From contig MU053561.1 in the NCBI GenBank assembly GCA_013239625.1, forward strand, positions 1,969,818-2,033,817: DNA of 64,000 nucleotides, read 5' to 3'. Below the pieces are notes generated by a model. It had not been told where the DNA came from and searched no databases. It saw only the letters and a program-made list of their open reading frames with translations. Positions 37,754-50,285 of the stretch are shown piece after piece. Source of the stretch: Lama guanicoe. Taxonomy: Eukaryota. Both the position numbers and the translations under genes were made by a program. Position 1 is the first letter of the stretch. Every line of letters begins with the position of its first letter.

Positions 37754-38049
37754 TGTGCTTTAAAATTTCTGTTATGTCTATGTTTATTTCTCTGTGTGGT
37801 GTTTATTCGTATTTGTCTTTTTTTCCCGTGGTCTGTCTTGACAAAGGCCTGTCTTATTAGCCTTTTGAAAGAACACATTTTTTGCTCTTGTGGTTGTCTC
37901 TCTATTTTATTGATTTTTGCTCTGGTTTTTATGATTCCAATTATCTTATTTCTTTGATGCTTGCTCTGTTGCTTCTTTCCTAATTTTTAGAGTTGATGGC
38001 TTAATTTCCTTTTTTTTTTCCCATCTCCCTTGCATCCTGATAAATGTAT

Positions 38050-38824
38050 TTTATTGTTAAATTGCAGTATAGTTGATTTACAATGTTGTTTTAGTTTCTG
38101 GTGTATAGCATAGTGATTTAGTTATACATATATATTCTTTTTCATTATAGATTATTACAAGATGTTGAATATAGCTCCCTGAACTATACAGTACAACTGT
38201 GTTGTTTATCTATTTTGTATACAGTGGTTAGTATCTGATAATCCTAAAATTCCATTTTAGGGTATAAATCCCCAAATTAATCCCTTTTCTCTGCTTCCTT
38301 CTATGGTAACCATAAATTTGTTTTCTATGTCTGTGAGTCTGTGTCTGTTTTATAAATAAGTTCATTTGTATCATTTTTTAAAAGGCTTTACATGTAAGTG
38401 ATATCATATGGTATTTTTCTTTCTGTCTGACTTACTTCACTTAGTATGATAATCTCTAGTTCCACCCATGTTGCTGCAAATGGCATTATTTCATTCTTTT
38501 TATGGCTGAGTAGTATTCCATTGTACATATATATCACATCTCTTTATCTAGTCATCTGTCAATGGACTCTTAGGTTGCTTCCATGTCTTAACTATTGTAA
38601 ATAGTGCTGTTATGAACATTGGGGTGCATGTATCTTTCCCAATTGGAGTTTTCTCTAGATACATGCCCAGGAGTAGGATTGCTGGGTTATATAACTCTAT
38701 TTTTAGTTTTTTTAAGGACTCTCCGTACTGCTTTCCACAGTGGCAGAACCAAACTACATTCCCATTAACAGTGTAGGAGGGTTCCCTTTTCTCCACACCG
38801 CCTCCAGCATTTATTCTTTGTGGA
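38050..38824 (-). mobile_element. 5'-truncated younger L1
   Basis: ORF2 C-terminus (LKKLKIELYNPAILLLG...TCTPMFITALFTI); perfect 13-bp TSD ctgataaatgtat at 38037-38049 and 38825-38837. Confidence 0.9.
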
Positions 38825-39679
38825 CTGATAAATGTATGTTAAACCATATACTTACCTTTTAAGTTCCACAGTGTTTTCATTGTCATTTAGTTCTAATTAT
38901 TTTGCTATTTCTCCTATGAATTAGTTTTTAACCCAAGTGATGCCATTTAGTTTCATATGTATCGGTGTTTGAAAGCTGAAATCTTTTTGCTATTTATTTC
39001 TACTTTTCTTTCATATGTTAGAGAACATAGTGCGAATGCTGCTGATCCTTTTGGTTTATTGAAGCTTCTTTATTGACTAAGTGCATGGATAGTTGTGTAA
39101 ATGTTCCTTGTGTACCCACAACACATATGCTAAAAAAAAAAAAGAATGTTTATGTCATATATTTATTTACTGTATTTTCAAATCTTCTTTATTTCTGTGG
39201 ATTTTATGATTTTTATCTGCTCTTTCAGTTTCTGAGTGGGATGTGTTAAAATCTCCACCTCCAACTGTTGGTTTATCCATTTCTCCCTGCACTTCTGGTA
39301 GTTGTTGATTTTTGTATTGTGAGGGTGTATTTTCAGGCGTTTCACTCACACGCACACCTGTGTGCACCCACACCCCACATACTCGATGCCCCCCGCCGGT
39401 CTGTTCTTCCCAGGTGCATCTGCAAGGTGGGCTCCCTGCCTTCCTTCAGGCTGCTGAACCTCCTTACCGTGGCCTCGAAGGGTCGTGAGATCTGTCTTTG
39501 GCTTTTGTCTGCAACCCTAGCCCCTGAGCTCCTCGTCCTCACTTCCTGCACTCCAGTCCCACAGATCTTTTGACATCTCTGGGAAAGTCTAAGGTCCCTC
39601 CCACCCCAGTCCCAGTGTTGAGGTTTTTATGCCTGGCAAGCTGTCATCCAGGCTCACACCTCAGCCAGCTCCTCTCATC

Positions 39680-39945
39680 CTCCAGAATTCAGCTTTTACC
39701 TAACCTCTTTCGAGAGGCATTCCCTGCATCAACTATTCGCTATCACATCACCCAGTTTTTCATTATATTGATTACACACCACAATTATTTATTTTATCTG
39801 TTCTGTTTTTGTCTGCTTCTACCATAGGATGTAAGCTCCTGAGGGGCACAGTTTTTTGTCCACTGCTGCACCCCCAGTTCTGAGAACAGTGCTCGGCATA
39901 TAGTAGGTGCTCAATAAAAATTGCCGAGTAAGTGAATGAATGACT
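39680..39945 (+). mobile_element. L2a 3' end
   Basis: atgtaagctcctgagggg...gaacagtgctcggcatatagtaggtgctcaataaaaattgccgagtaagtgaatgaatga. Confidence 0.8.
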
Positions 39946-42097
39946 CAATAAATGAACAGAAGCTTACGGATCACTAAAACTAGCATGCTGGGAACATTGC
40001 TGGGTGCTATCTCTACGTTTTCACCCTTTTCAACCTTCACAGTAATCCCAGGAGAGCTTCCGCAGCACACAGTCAGTGAGAGGCAGAGCTTACTGGAGCA
40101 CGAGTGGGCTTCTGTTCAGAAGCCTCTGCAGGATGGGGCCGGGTCTCCCGAGGCATCACTGCAGTAAAGGGGAGCTCAGCCATGACAGCAGAGGGAGGAA
40201 AAACCCAAAACCCAGGACCTGGGAAGCCTCAGCAGAGAGCGCTCTGGTGGTGCTCCACACAGCAGATTGCAAAGGCTGGGCCTGAAGCTCTTACCTTTCC
40301 TTGTCCTCACCAGCAGGAAAATCAGGTTTCTTGGAAGATGTGGAGCTGGGCTCAGCTAGCACCTGGCAGCCTTTTTCCTTCCTGGCTCTCCAAACTTCCG
40401 GTGGGGTGGGGTTCGTGTCTTCAGTGGAGGTTAGAGGTCAAAGAGAGCAAAGTGCAAGAGAGCAGAAGGCCTTGGTTTAAAGGGTGGTTTCCTCGCAGTT
40501 CTCAAGAGGGCCCCTACTCACTGTACAACCTCTTGCAAGTGTCTTTCTCTCTCTAAGCCTGTGCCCTTGACTGCAAAACAGGGATAAATATATCTGCCCA
40601 AGCTAAATCCCAGGGTTGTTGTTAGTCCCAAAGGAGAGAATTTGTGTGAAAGAACCAAAAATGGTACCAGACTGCAGGGGATTCTCAAGATGTGTTAGTT
40701 TCAGGCATTCCGTTTAAGAGGTGCGATCCAGAATTTAGACACTGTTTGGTGAAAATATAAGACTGATTATGGAGCTTTGGGGATTTTTATGGATTTGAGG
40801 CCATCTGCTGCCTTCGCACAGGCCATGGATTTGGTTTGGCTCAACTATGCTGAGTAAGGGGCCTCTTTGAATGGTTATCATGTTTGAAGGATTTTTTATT
40901 TCATGAAGTGTAAGCTGAACTGGGATTTAGCTGTTAAAGTTTCCGTTTTATTTTCCAGTTGCTGTAAGACTTTTATAAGCAGTTTTCAACTTAAAATTTC
41001 CTCTCTATATCTATCAGAGCAGCCCCATATCTGATTTCAAGCCTTGTTTCCATCTAAAAGTCTTGTGGGGGAGGAAGGGGAAGACAGAGAAACAGAGAGA
41101 GAACATGACTGAATCTTTGTGAAACTCTTGGGAGTGAAATTCCATTCCTATCAGGTTGATTCTAAGCAAATTCTTAGGTTCTGCCGAAGAAGCTGTTAGC
41201 GCTGCTTCTCTGGGTGAATACATTTAGAGGTTTGTTTGCTTTGGTGTTTGGGACTGTGCTAAGGTTAGTATTGATACAGGCAGTCTCTGAGGCATGAACA
41301 CTCATTATAAACAACTCTTACATAAGAATGAACATCACAACATCAATCTGCCCTCCCATTGCTCCAGACACTCCTGAGCTACTGTTTTGATTTCACTGGT
41401 CAATCACTTATCCATTCAACAAACATTTATGAGGAACTCTGGGTCCAAATCCAGAGGCAGAGTGGGGCTGTGTCTGAAAATGTGGGTTCTGGAACCATGT
41501 AGTTCAAGTTCTGGCTGAGCAGCTGTGAGGCCTTGGATACGTGGCTCTTCAAAGACCAAGTAGAGACAATTTCCTTTTATCTTAATTCCACAGATGGTTG
41601 CCCTTCTCCCCTGATACTTGAACTTTATAACTTATAGATATTGGGAATCTTAAAATAGTGTTGATTTCCTCCTCCCTGTTAATTATAAAAAAGCTCAGAG
41701 CGAACTATGCATGTGGTTTCTCTCGTGTAAATAGGACTTCCTGCCAAGCATTTTGTTGCTAAGTTCACTTATGGCTCGACTCCTTTCTCGCATGTTTTCC
41801 CCTTGCCTTGCCTGAATCTCCTTGCAGCTCTTTCTATGTCTAGCGGGACAGCAGGTGGTTAAGAGAGCAAACTCAGCTCCACCACGACTGTTACCTTGGA
41901 GCCAGACTGGACCCAGAAATCTCACCGTGACATTCCTGGCTGAGATTTCTGGGTCCAGTCTGGTTCCTGTTCCCTGCTGATAGGTCAACAGATTCCCAGG
42001 CACCCTCAGGTGGAAATGAATAAAGGGCCAGGGCCTGGGCCTGTCCCACCAGGAAGTGAAAAATTGACTCAGAAACAGGTTCCCAAGGTGTGGGGGG

Positions 42098-42225
42098 AGG
42101 TGGTCATAAGATTTAGCAAATAAAAATGCAAGGTGCCCAGTTAAATTTGAATTTCAGATAAACAACAAATACTTTTTAGTATAAATAAAATATTTGAGCA
42201 TCCCATGTTTTCTCTGGTGACCCTA
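42098..42225. mobile_element. hAT MER53-like fragment
   Basis: agatttagcaaataaaaatgcaaggtgcccagttaaatttgaatttcagataaacaacaaatactttttagtataa. Confidence 0.75.
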
Positions 42226-43139
42226 TGCCAAGGTCCTACGAGCTACTGTCAAGCCCCCTTAACACTCACAGAAGCCTCCAAACCACAGAGCTGGCTTCGC
42301 CTGCTCAGGATTTATTTCACAGCCGGGATGTCTGGGAGGCAGTCACGGTCACAGGTCGCACGCAGCCTGTGTGTTGGCTGTGCGGAGGTGAGCCACCCAG
42401 TCGGGAGGTGAACCAGAGTAAACAGCCCTGGGGAGCAGGAGAAAAGGACAGTTTCCAGGAAGAGGTTGGAGGAGAGGATGCAGGCCCCTGCTTTTACGAC
42501 CAGGGCCCGCCCATTGTGCCCGCCTCTTGGCTTCAAGGCCTCCCTCCCGCGTGTTTCACTGGGAGGAGCGCTGGGAGAGCTCTGCGCCGTGGCATGCCCA
42601 CTCTCCGAAGGAATTGGGAAGCTTTTGTCTGTCAGACAGGCATTTTATAGAACGATTTCATGCCTCTCAGCTCTAAATGTGCTCGTTCTTCCAGTGAAAG
42701 GAAGAGGAGGTGCAAGCTGGAGAGGAGGCGGCCAGGCCTGGAGTCCAGGGGGCGGCCGTCCAGACGGGCCTTGGCTGCCGCTGCCTGGCGGGCAGATCAC
42801 TCACCGAGGAGGGAGCGGAGCAGCCTCCCTGAGTCCTTGGTAGGGCCCCGCAGGGATTTCCAGGACTTCCAGACCTGAGTGATCCAGAAAGGAATGATAA
42901 TAAAAATTCCGTACACTTCAAAGCTTACAAAGCGTTTTCGTAGCCGGGCTCTCATTAGGCCCTACGCCAGCAGACGCACAAGGGAGGGAGGCCTGGGGAG
43001 GAAAGGGAGACGCCACTGCCCCAGAATTGCAGGGCTGGGAGGAACGGAACTGGGACTCAAACCCAGAGATTATTCCAAGATGGTCAGATGCCCTGCTGCT
43101 CTTTCCAGGTGGCTTGGATGGCCATGGACAAACCCCACG

Positions 43140-43252
43140 CAGAGTGACAAGTTGTCTGGTTTGTTCAGGGACCAGGGGTTTCCTAGGACGTGGGACTTTT
43201 CAACGCTAAACCCAAGACAGTCCTGGCCAGCCTGGGCTGTGTGGTCCCCCTA
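43140..43252. mobile_element. hAT-Blackjack MITE (MER81-like)
   Basis: aggggtttcctaggacgtgggacttttcaacgctaaaccc...tggtccccta; homologous to 23861-23986. Confidence 0.65.
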
Positions 43253-43449
43253 CTCGAGAGCCAGCAGGGGCTCCCTGCCTCCACTGCCACCTCCTTCAGA
43301 TGGGTCGCCTAAGACAGGACTTAGCAGGAGTTAGAAAGAAGACAGCTGACATGTTAAGAGGATTTGAGGGACATGCGGTCTCACTTTTGAGTCTTTGCTC
43401 AAGCTGATCCTTCCACCTGGAGCCCCTGTATCCCCCACACTTTCTCTTC

Positions 43450-44600
43450 CATCCCTCATTCACTTCTTTGCTGACAGGGTCTGGAATACCCTCTCCTCCA
43501 GGAGCACCCCTGACCCCCACTAAGACTGTGTTATGTACTCCGTGTGCGCCCAGTGGAGAATTACCTCATCACAGAATTTCGTGTTGAATTTGCTTGTTTT
43601 CTTGCCTTGTCTCCTCCCTAGAAAGCACCTCTGGGAGGGGAGGGGCTGTATCTTCATGCATGGTGGACTGCCGACTGTGTGTCAGGTACTAGGCACACAG
43701 TATATCCTGGGGTTATAAGATGATGGGCCAGTCCCTGCCCTCATGGAGCTTACAGTCTTTGGGTGAGACAGACGTCAATCAAATAATCATACAAGTAACA
43801 GCAAAATCACAACAAGGTGGGTAACCATTGATTTTGATTATCGTGTAGTATATTCCCCATAGGAGATGTACTCCACGTTAGATGAGTTTATGATGGGGGA
43901 CCAGGGAGGCAGGGGTGTCAGAGAAACTTCTCCTGAGGAAGTGATGATGGAATGAAGACTCTGAGGCTGAGAAGGGGTTAACTAGGAGCAGGGGCAAGAC
44001 CCAGAGAGAGCTCTAGGCAGAAAGAGCAGCCTGTTCCCTCGTTTTGGGAGAGAAGACAGCACTTCACGTCAGAGAGTCTCAATGGGGCTGATTTTGCCCC
44101 CCAGGGGAAACTTGGCCATGTCTGGAAATATTTTTTTGCCACAGTTGGGGGAAGGTTTCTACTGGCATTTAGTAGGTAGACATCAGAGGGGCTGCTAAAC
44201 ACCTTACAATGCACAGGGCAATCCCCCAACAAAGAGTGATCTGCCTCAGAATGTCAGCAGTGCCCTTGTTGGTAGAGCAGAGAGCAAAGGGGGCAGGGCT
44301 GTGGGCGGAGGCTGGAAACCCTGAGGCTCTGGCAAGTGTGGTGACATGATCAGATCAATGTAGTGTGAAGAACAGAACGGACAAGAGCGGGGTGCCAAGA
44401 CCAACTGCAGACAATTGTAGTGGCCCAGCTGGCATGACGGTGGCTCGGACCAGGGCTTCGGTGACAAAGAGAGAGATCACTGAATGGATCCCTCAACCAC
44501 TGAGAAGGGAATCTGACAGAACTTGGGGATGCAGGTTGGAGAAGAAGGAGGTATCAAACCTGACTCTTGGTCTTCTAGCTCGAGTGCCTGAGTAGGTGGT
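43450..44600. mobile_element. L2 fragments with an inserted MER20 (~44068-44272)
   Basis: gtccctgccctcatggagcttacagtc (L2); ggggctgattttgccccccaggggaaacttggccatgtctggaaata...aaacaccttacaatgcacaggg (MER20). Confidence 0.75.
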
Positions 44601-45630
44601 CGTGGTATCCTGCACACACGATTCTACATGCATAGTGCATTCGATCCTTGCAACTCTCGGGGGAAACTGAGGCACAGAGAGTAAAGTAACACACTCAACC
44701 AAGGAGTTTGGCCAGTATCTACGTGCGCACAGTTTGGGTCTGGTGCCCCCAGTCACCGCTCTGAATAATGATGCTGTCCACCCGGCGGGGAACATGGGTC
44801 AGGGACCTGGCATGGTCGTGGCACGTGAGCTCACATTTGGGCGCGTTGAGTCTGAGGTCAGGTTAGAGAGCGAGATGCACAGTCTGCAGCCCAGAGCAGA
44901 CGTGCTCCTCACGGCTGTACCCCACCCCCAGCCTAGTCCTGTGCCTACACAGAGCAGGGGCCCAGGCGGCAGCTGTGGAATGGGCCAGTGGCTTAATATA
45001 TTGATTACAAAAGTAACCCTGACTGAGCCCTGCTATGCTCAAGGCACCACGCTTGGTGCTAGGTGTCCTGAGACAACTGACACAGACCTTGCCTCTGGGA
45101 GCTTCCTAGTCCCTGGAAAAACCCCAGAACTTACAGGAACCAGAACTTCACGCAGCCGCAGCCTTAAACTCAGTCCTCTTGTCTTCCCTCTCTCTCACCT
45201 GGGGCTTTTATGGGGCAAAAGCAAGTGTCCCGTAAAAGCAAGTGAAGAAACTCTTTGGGCTTCTCAGAGTCTGAGAAGCCAGAATTCAGTGATCAGGATA
45301 GCTCTATCCAGTCAGCAACAAACCAACAAACAAAACTGAAACACTGGAGGTGTGTGCAGGTGTGCACACGTACGGACCATGCATTCCCTGTGTACTCCGC
45401 ACACCTGGACCTCTGCGCATCTCTTTTCCTATCAGAGAATCATAAATCCTGGGGCTGTTCTTTCTGCTTGGGGAGTATAAGTGAGCTCTTTAAAACGTCT
45501 GCCTAATTTTGTGTCCCACTTGAGGGTATAAAGCTGGAGGCAGGCAGGCTCAGAGCTCAGCCACAGTGAGAAATCATTGTTTGTGAGTGGGGTCCAGCTT
45601 GGCCAGGCTGTTTTACAGGACTGACACTCT

Positions 45631-45915
45631 CAGGTCCAGCGACATAACTTGTAGGGCCCAGTGCTAACTGAAAATTCAGGTCCCTTATTCAAAAATTATT
45701 CAGATAGATTTCCAGGGAGAAGGCATAGCTCGGTGGTAGAGTGTGTGCTTAGCATACACAACATCCTGGGTTCAATCCCCAGTGCCTCCATTAAAAATCA
45801 ATCAATCAATAAATCTAATTACCTCCCCCTAAAAAAAAATTATTAAAATTTTCAGATGTCAATAGAAGAGTATTGTACCAAGTGTAGGGCCCTTCAGAGT
45901 ATGAGGCCCTTGGAC
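45631..45915. mobile_element. hAT-Tip100 MER45A-like element
   Basis: acataacttgtagggcccagtgc...gaaaattcaggtcccttattcaaaaattatt...agagtattgtaccaagtgtagggcccttc. Confidence 0.65.
45714..45840 (+). mobile_element. tRNA-derived SINE (Vic-1-like) inserted in the MER45A-like element
   Basis: catagctcggtggtagagtgtgtgcttagc...gggttcaatccccag...ctaattacctcccc followed by poly-A. Confidence 0.88.
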
Positions 45916-46956
45916 ACCCTGTATGTCCTCAGAGCCTTGGTGGTGGGGCGGGCAGAGCAGACCAAGGAGTCCTCCCTCTGCCCGCCCGCCCCAGTTTTCT
46001 CTCTGTGGCCACCCGCATGCAGTGAGCAGTGCTTTTAGGAGCTGAACCAGATCCCCAAAGCAGTAGGCCAACCCCACCAGCACAGTCAACAGCAGGCACG
46101 GCAGACCAGAGGAGCGACTTCCAGTGGACGACACAAGAGCAGAGCCCTTTATCCTGCAGTGAATAGCAGTGGCCACCAATGAGGAGGAGACTGGTCCTTC
46201 TCCACTTCCGTGGCTTCCAACATCAAATCCAACAGATGGGAGCCCCTCTCCACCTCCCTCCCCTATGCCTCAAGCAGTTTGGACTTCCTCACCCTGAAGT
46301 GTTGCTCTAGCAAGAGCACATCCATATTTCCTTCCTTCCATAATTAATCAAACAAACATTTCTTGAGTGCCTACAACTGCCTGGCATAGCTCTAGTGATC
46401 CAATGGCATGGACCAGGGCAGCCCTACTGGTTAAAATACTAAAATAAGAGATATCTCTACCAATGGGCAAATAATTGCTGTCCATTGCTCCTCTCCCCCA
46501 TCCTCGTCACACCAGCCCTTCCCCAGGCCCCCAGGACCTCCCAAAGATCCAGCAACAAAAAGACCTGCTCTGGAGCCATGGGCAGCATTGGCTCTGATGG
46601 GTTAGAAAGGATGGCAGGTAAGGGGTGAGAGAGCTCTTTTGGGGTTCAGGGAAGACCTCTTGCTTCATATGACATCAGAGCAGAGACCTGAGTGAAACAA
46701 GGCAATGACACGTAAAGATGCAGGACGAGTGGCTTCTAGGCAGAAGGAATAGCAGATGCAAAGGCCCTGAGGTAGGATGAGGTACCAAGTTCAAGGACAC
46801 AAGGAGGCCAGTGTGATGAGAGCAAGGGGAAGAGGTAAGGTGGACAGGAAGCCAGGGAGCACATCCTGAGGGTCTGGAATTGGGGTCTCATTCTGTGTGT
46901 GGTGGGCAACCAGTGGAGAGTTTTGAGCAGAGGAGTGACAGGCACTGATTTACATT

Positions 46957-48390
46957 TTTTAAAAAGTTTACTTTTTAGAGCAGTTTTAGATTTATAACAA
47001 AATTGAGGTGGAGACACAGAGATTTCTCCTATACGCCCTGCCCCTGCACATACAAAGCCTCCCCTGTTATCAGTGTCACTCACCAGAATGGTACACTTGT
47101 TATGGGAGAGGAACTGCATTGACACAGCATCACCCAAAGTCCACAGTCTACCTTAGGTTTCACTCTTGGTCCTGGATATTCTGTGGTTTTGGACAAGTGT
47201 ATAATGGTGTGTATTCATCAGTAAAACATCAAAAGGAGAACTTTCATGGCTCTAAAAAGCCTCTGTGCTCTGCCTATTCACATCTTCCCCTCCCACACTT
47301 GGCAACCACTGATCTTCTTATAGTTGCCGTAGTTTTAGCTTTTCCAGAATGTCATAGAGTTGGAATCATGCAATATGAAGCCTTTTCAGATGGTTTCTTT
47401 CACTTAGTAACATGCACTTAGGGTTCCTCCATGTCTTTTCATGGCTTGATAGCTCTTTTTTTAGTGCTGAATAATATTCCGTTGTCCAAGGTTTATTTAT
47501 CCATTCACCTATTGAAGAATGCTTTAGTTGCTTGGTTCATGATTTTGGCAACCATGAATAAAGCTTCTGTAAACACTTATATGGAGCTCTTTGTGTGGAT
47601 GTACTTTTTAACTCCTTTGGGCAAATACCAAGGAGTGCTGGATTGTATAGTAAGTTTTATAAGAAACTGACAAACTGTCGTCCAAAGTGGCTGTGTCATT
47701 TTGCGTTTCCACTGGCAATTTCTGCTACTCCACACCCTCGCGAGCATTTGGCACTGTCAGTGGTCAGGATTTTGGCCATGCCAATTAGACATGCAACAGT
47801 ATCTCGTTGTTTTAAGTTGCATTTCCCTGATGGCATATGATGTGGAGCATCTTTACATGTGCTTACTTGCCATCTGTATATCTTCTTGGGAGAGGTGCCT
47901 GGTAAGGTCTTCAGGTCATTTTTTAAATCAGATTGTTTGTTTTCTTACTGTTGAGTTTTAAAAGTTCTTTGTATATTCTAGATAACAGTGCTTTATCAAT
48001 CAGGTATGTTTTTGCAAATATTTCCTCCCAGTCTGTGGCTTATCTTCTCATTTTATCATTCTCTTGATGTTGCCTTTCACAAAGCAGAGGTTTTTAATTT
48101 TAACGCACTCCAACTTATCAATTATTTCTTTCATGGATCATGTTTTGGGTGTTGCATCTAAGAGGTCATTACCACATCCAAGGTCATCTGGGTTTTCTCC
48201 TATGTCACTGTCTAGGAGTTTTACAGTTTTGTACTTTGCACTTAGGTCTGTGATTCATTTGGAGTTAATTTTTGTGAAGGGTGCAAGGTCTGTGTAGATT
48301 CATCTTTTTGCATGTGTTTGTCCAGTTGTTCCAGCATCATTTGTTAAGGAGACTGTCTTGGCTCCATTGTATTGCCTTGGCTCCTTTGTC
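46957..48390 (-). mobile_element. L1MC-type 5'-truncated L1 inserted in a minus-strand L2 (~46620-46956 and 48391-48480)
   Basis: ttttagagcagttttagattta (3' end) and an ORF2 remnant; TSD ctgattta(c/a)att at 46945-46956 and 48391-48402. Confidence 0.85.
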
Positions 48391-48619
48391 CTGATTTAAA
48401 TTCTAACAGATCACTCTGGTTGCCATAAGTGGAGGGAGGCAAGCCAGTTAGGAGCACTGTGCATTAGTCCAGTGACAAGTTTCTGCTCACACTGGGATGC
48501 ATGCTGCAGCTTCAGAAAGAGGGGCCATGTACAGTGATTTCGCTCTTGGCTCCAGATCTTGTGGGCTGAGTCAGTTGCACAGAGAGACAGTTACTGTACC
48601 GACACTAAATTTCACATAA

Positions 48620-49140
48620 GGAGGGAGTGGCCTACTGTAAAGGGCCTGGATCTGGAAGCTTGCGATGTAAGGCATGTCTAACTTCTAATCCATACCCGAA
48701 AAGGGCTGTCTCCAATTTAGCTGGGTGAATTTGGAAATGTTACTTACCTTCTCTGAGGAAATTACTTACGTTCTCTGAGCCTCTGCTTCCCCTCCTGTGA
48801 AAAAGTTAAAACTGCCTGATTATAACACCTACATAGCATTCATTGTGTGCCAGGCACTGCTCTAGGAGTTTTACATAACTCACTCAATCTTCCCCATAGC
48901 CCCACAAAGAGGTACAATTATCACTTCTGTTTTGTACAGGAAGAACCTGAGCCACCAAGGCATTCCGTGATTTTTCTCAAAGCCCTGTTGTTGGTGTGTG
49001 GAGGAGCTGACATTTGAATCCAGGTATTTGGCACCAGAGTCCCTGCTCTGAAACATTCTCCTCTGCCCACTACTTGGCAGAATGACTGTGAGGATTAAAA
49101 AACAATGCATCTACGTTACTGGCACAACCCTCAACATACT
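48620..49140. mobile_element. Nested MIR fragments
   Basis: ttacttaccttctctgag...ctctgagcctctgcttcc; reversed MIR tgtgccaggcactgctctagg...gacatttgaatccagg. Confidence 0.7.
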
Positions 49141-49209
49141 GAGATCAAAGACACTTGTCTGATGCTTTGCAGAGCAAAATAGATAGAGACTAGTTAGAAA
49201 AACTTGGAA

Positions 49210-49790
49210 GCCCCTGAATCAGAGCACTTCCAAGAGGGTGTGCACACAAAGATGGCCGATGCAGGATCATTTGTTATGGCAGCAACTGGAAACAACCCAA
49301 CTGTCCAACCTATGAGAATGGATGAATGAACTCTGGTTTATGCATCCAATGGTGTCGGCAATACAGCAGTGACAATGAATGAACTAGAACACAGATAAAT
49401 CTCAGAAACAAAGGCAGGGGGAGGGAGCATGAGGGGTGGGGGAAGAGGAGAAAAGCCAAGTTACAGATGAATATATCCAGTCTGAGACCAATAGCACTTA
49501 AAACATAAACACAGATCTATACATTGTCTATAGATATATATTACGGATGAACGGAGTCAGTCATTTATAATGAGAAAGCAATACCGCTTGGACAGGAAGG
49601 ACACACACCGTGGTCAAAAGAGTGGATAGCCCTCTATCCACTCTTTTGACCACGAGGTGGGCAGAGGATGGAGGATGGGGCTTCTACTCTAGTTGTAACA
49701 TTTCATTTCATTGAAAAATAAAAAAGATCTGAGGCCAATACAGCAACTGTTAGCACCTGTTAAGACCAAGGGTACAGAGTTTCTATTCTG
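49210..49790 (+). mobile_element. Ancient L1ME-type 3' end
   Basis: gcacacaaagatg...aactggaaacaacccaactgtcca...gaatggatgaatgaactctgg...gatctgaggccaatacagcaactgttagca. Confidence 0.7.
49609..49654. repeat. Perfect inverted repeat (21-bp arms, 4-nt loop)
   Basis: cgtggtcaaaagagtggatag-ccct-ctatccactcttttgaccacg; the arms are exact reverse complements. Confidence 0.98.
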
Positions 49791-50285
49791 TAATAATAAA
49801 TGGATACTATTTGTAGGCGCTCACCATGTGCCGGAACTCTTGTAGGAGCTTTCCAGGTATTAACTTACTTAATTCCTTTAAACAATCCTGTAAGGTGGTT
49901 CTAATACAATATATTTTTGCAGGCGAGGGAATTGGAGCACAGGAAGGCGACATAACTTACTCAAGATCATACGGTTACCGGACAGCAGAGCTGGATGGAA
50001 TTCAGATGCAGGCAGCTGGACTACAAAAACCACACTGCCTGCTAGAAACCGGAGACGCTAGCACATCTCTGCCGGCTGTGTGCCGGGCGCCGTTCTGGGC
50101 CGTTAGGAGTGTTCATTCATTTAACCTCACAGCAACCTGATGTGGTGGCTGCGGCTGTCCCTGTGTCAGAGGAGGGAGCTGGGTGCAGTCCCCGTCACAC
50201 GTCGGTGGCAGGTAGTGTGGGACTGAGCTCGGGCGGTTCAGCTCCAGGGTCTGTGCTCCTGTCATACAAACCCACCATTTAGCTC
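49790..50285 (-). mobile_element. Two tandem MIR copies
   Basis: caccatgtgccgg...cttaattcctttaaacaatcctgtaagg...taacttactcaagatcatac; cattcatttaacctcacagcaacc. Confidence 0.7.

Larger units (their letters stand above)
36390..39320 (-). mobile_element. Old L1ME-type ORF2 remnant interrupted by MLT1 and a younger L1
   Basis: gatagtgggcatcttgtcttattcctgatcttaaaggaaa; ttaaggaaattc; gttaaaatctccacc; reversed and highly decayed. Confidence 0.75.

Noticed and set aside
42300..43050. GC/CpG-enriched stretch with several overlapping ORFs
   Set aside because: By eye the CpG density is below that of a CpG island, and the ORFs reflect GC richness, with no coding signature.
44734..45339. Longest ORF in the track (201 aa)
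   Set aside because: It runs across MIR/L2-like remnants, has a non-ATG start, and shows no recognisable domain or splice structure.
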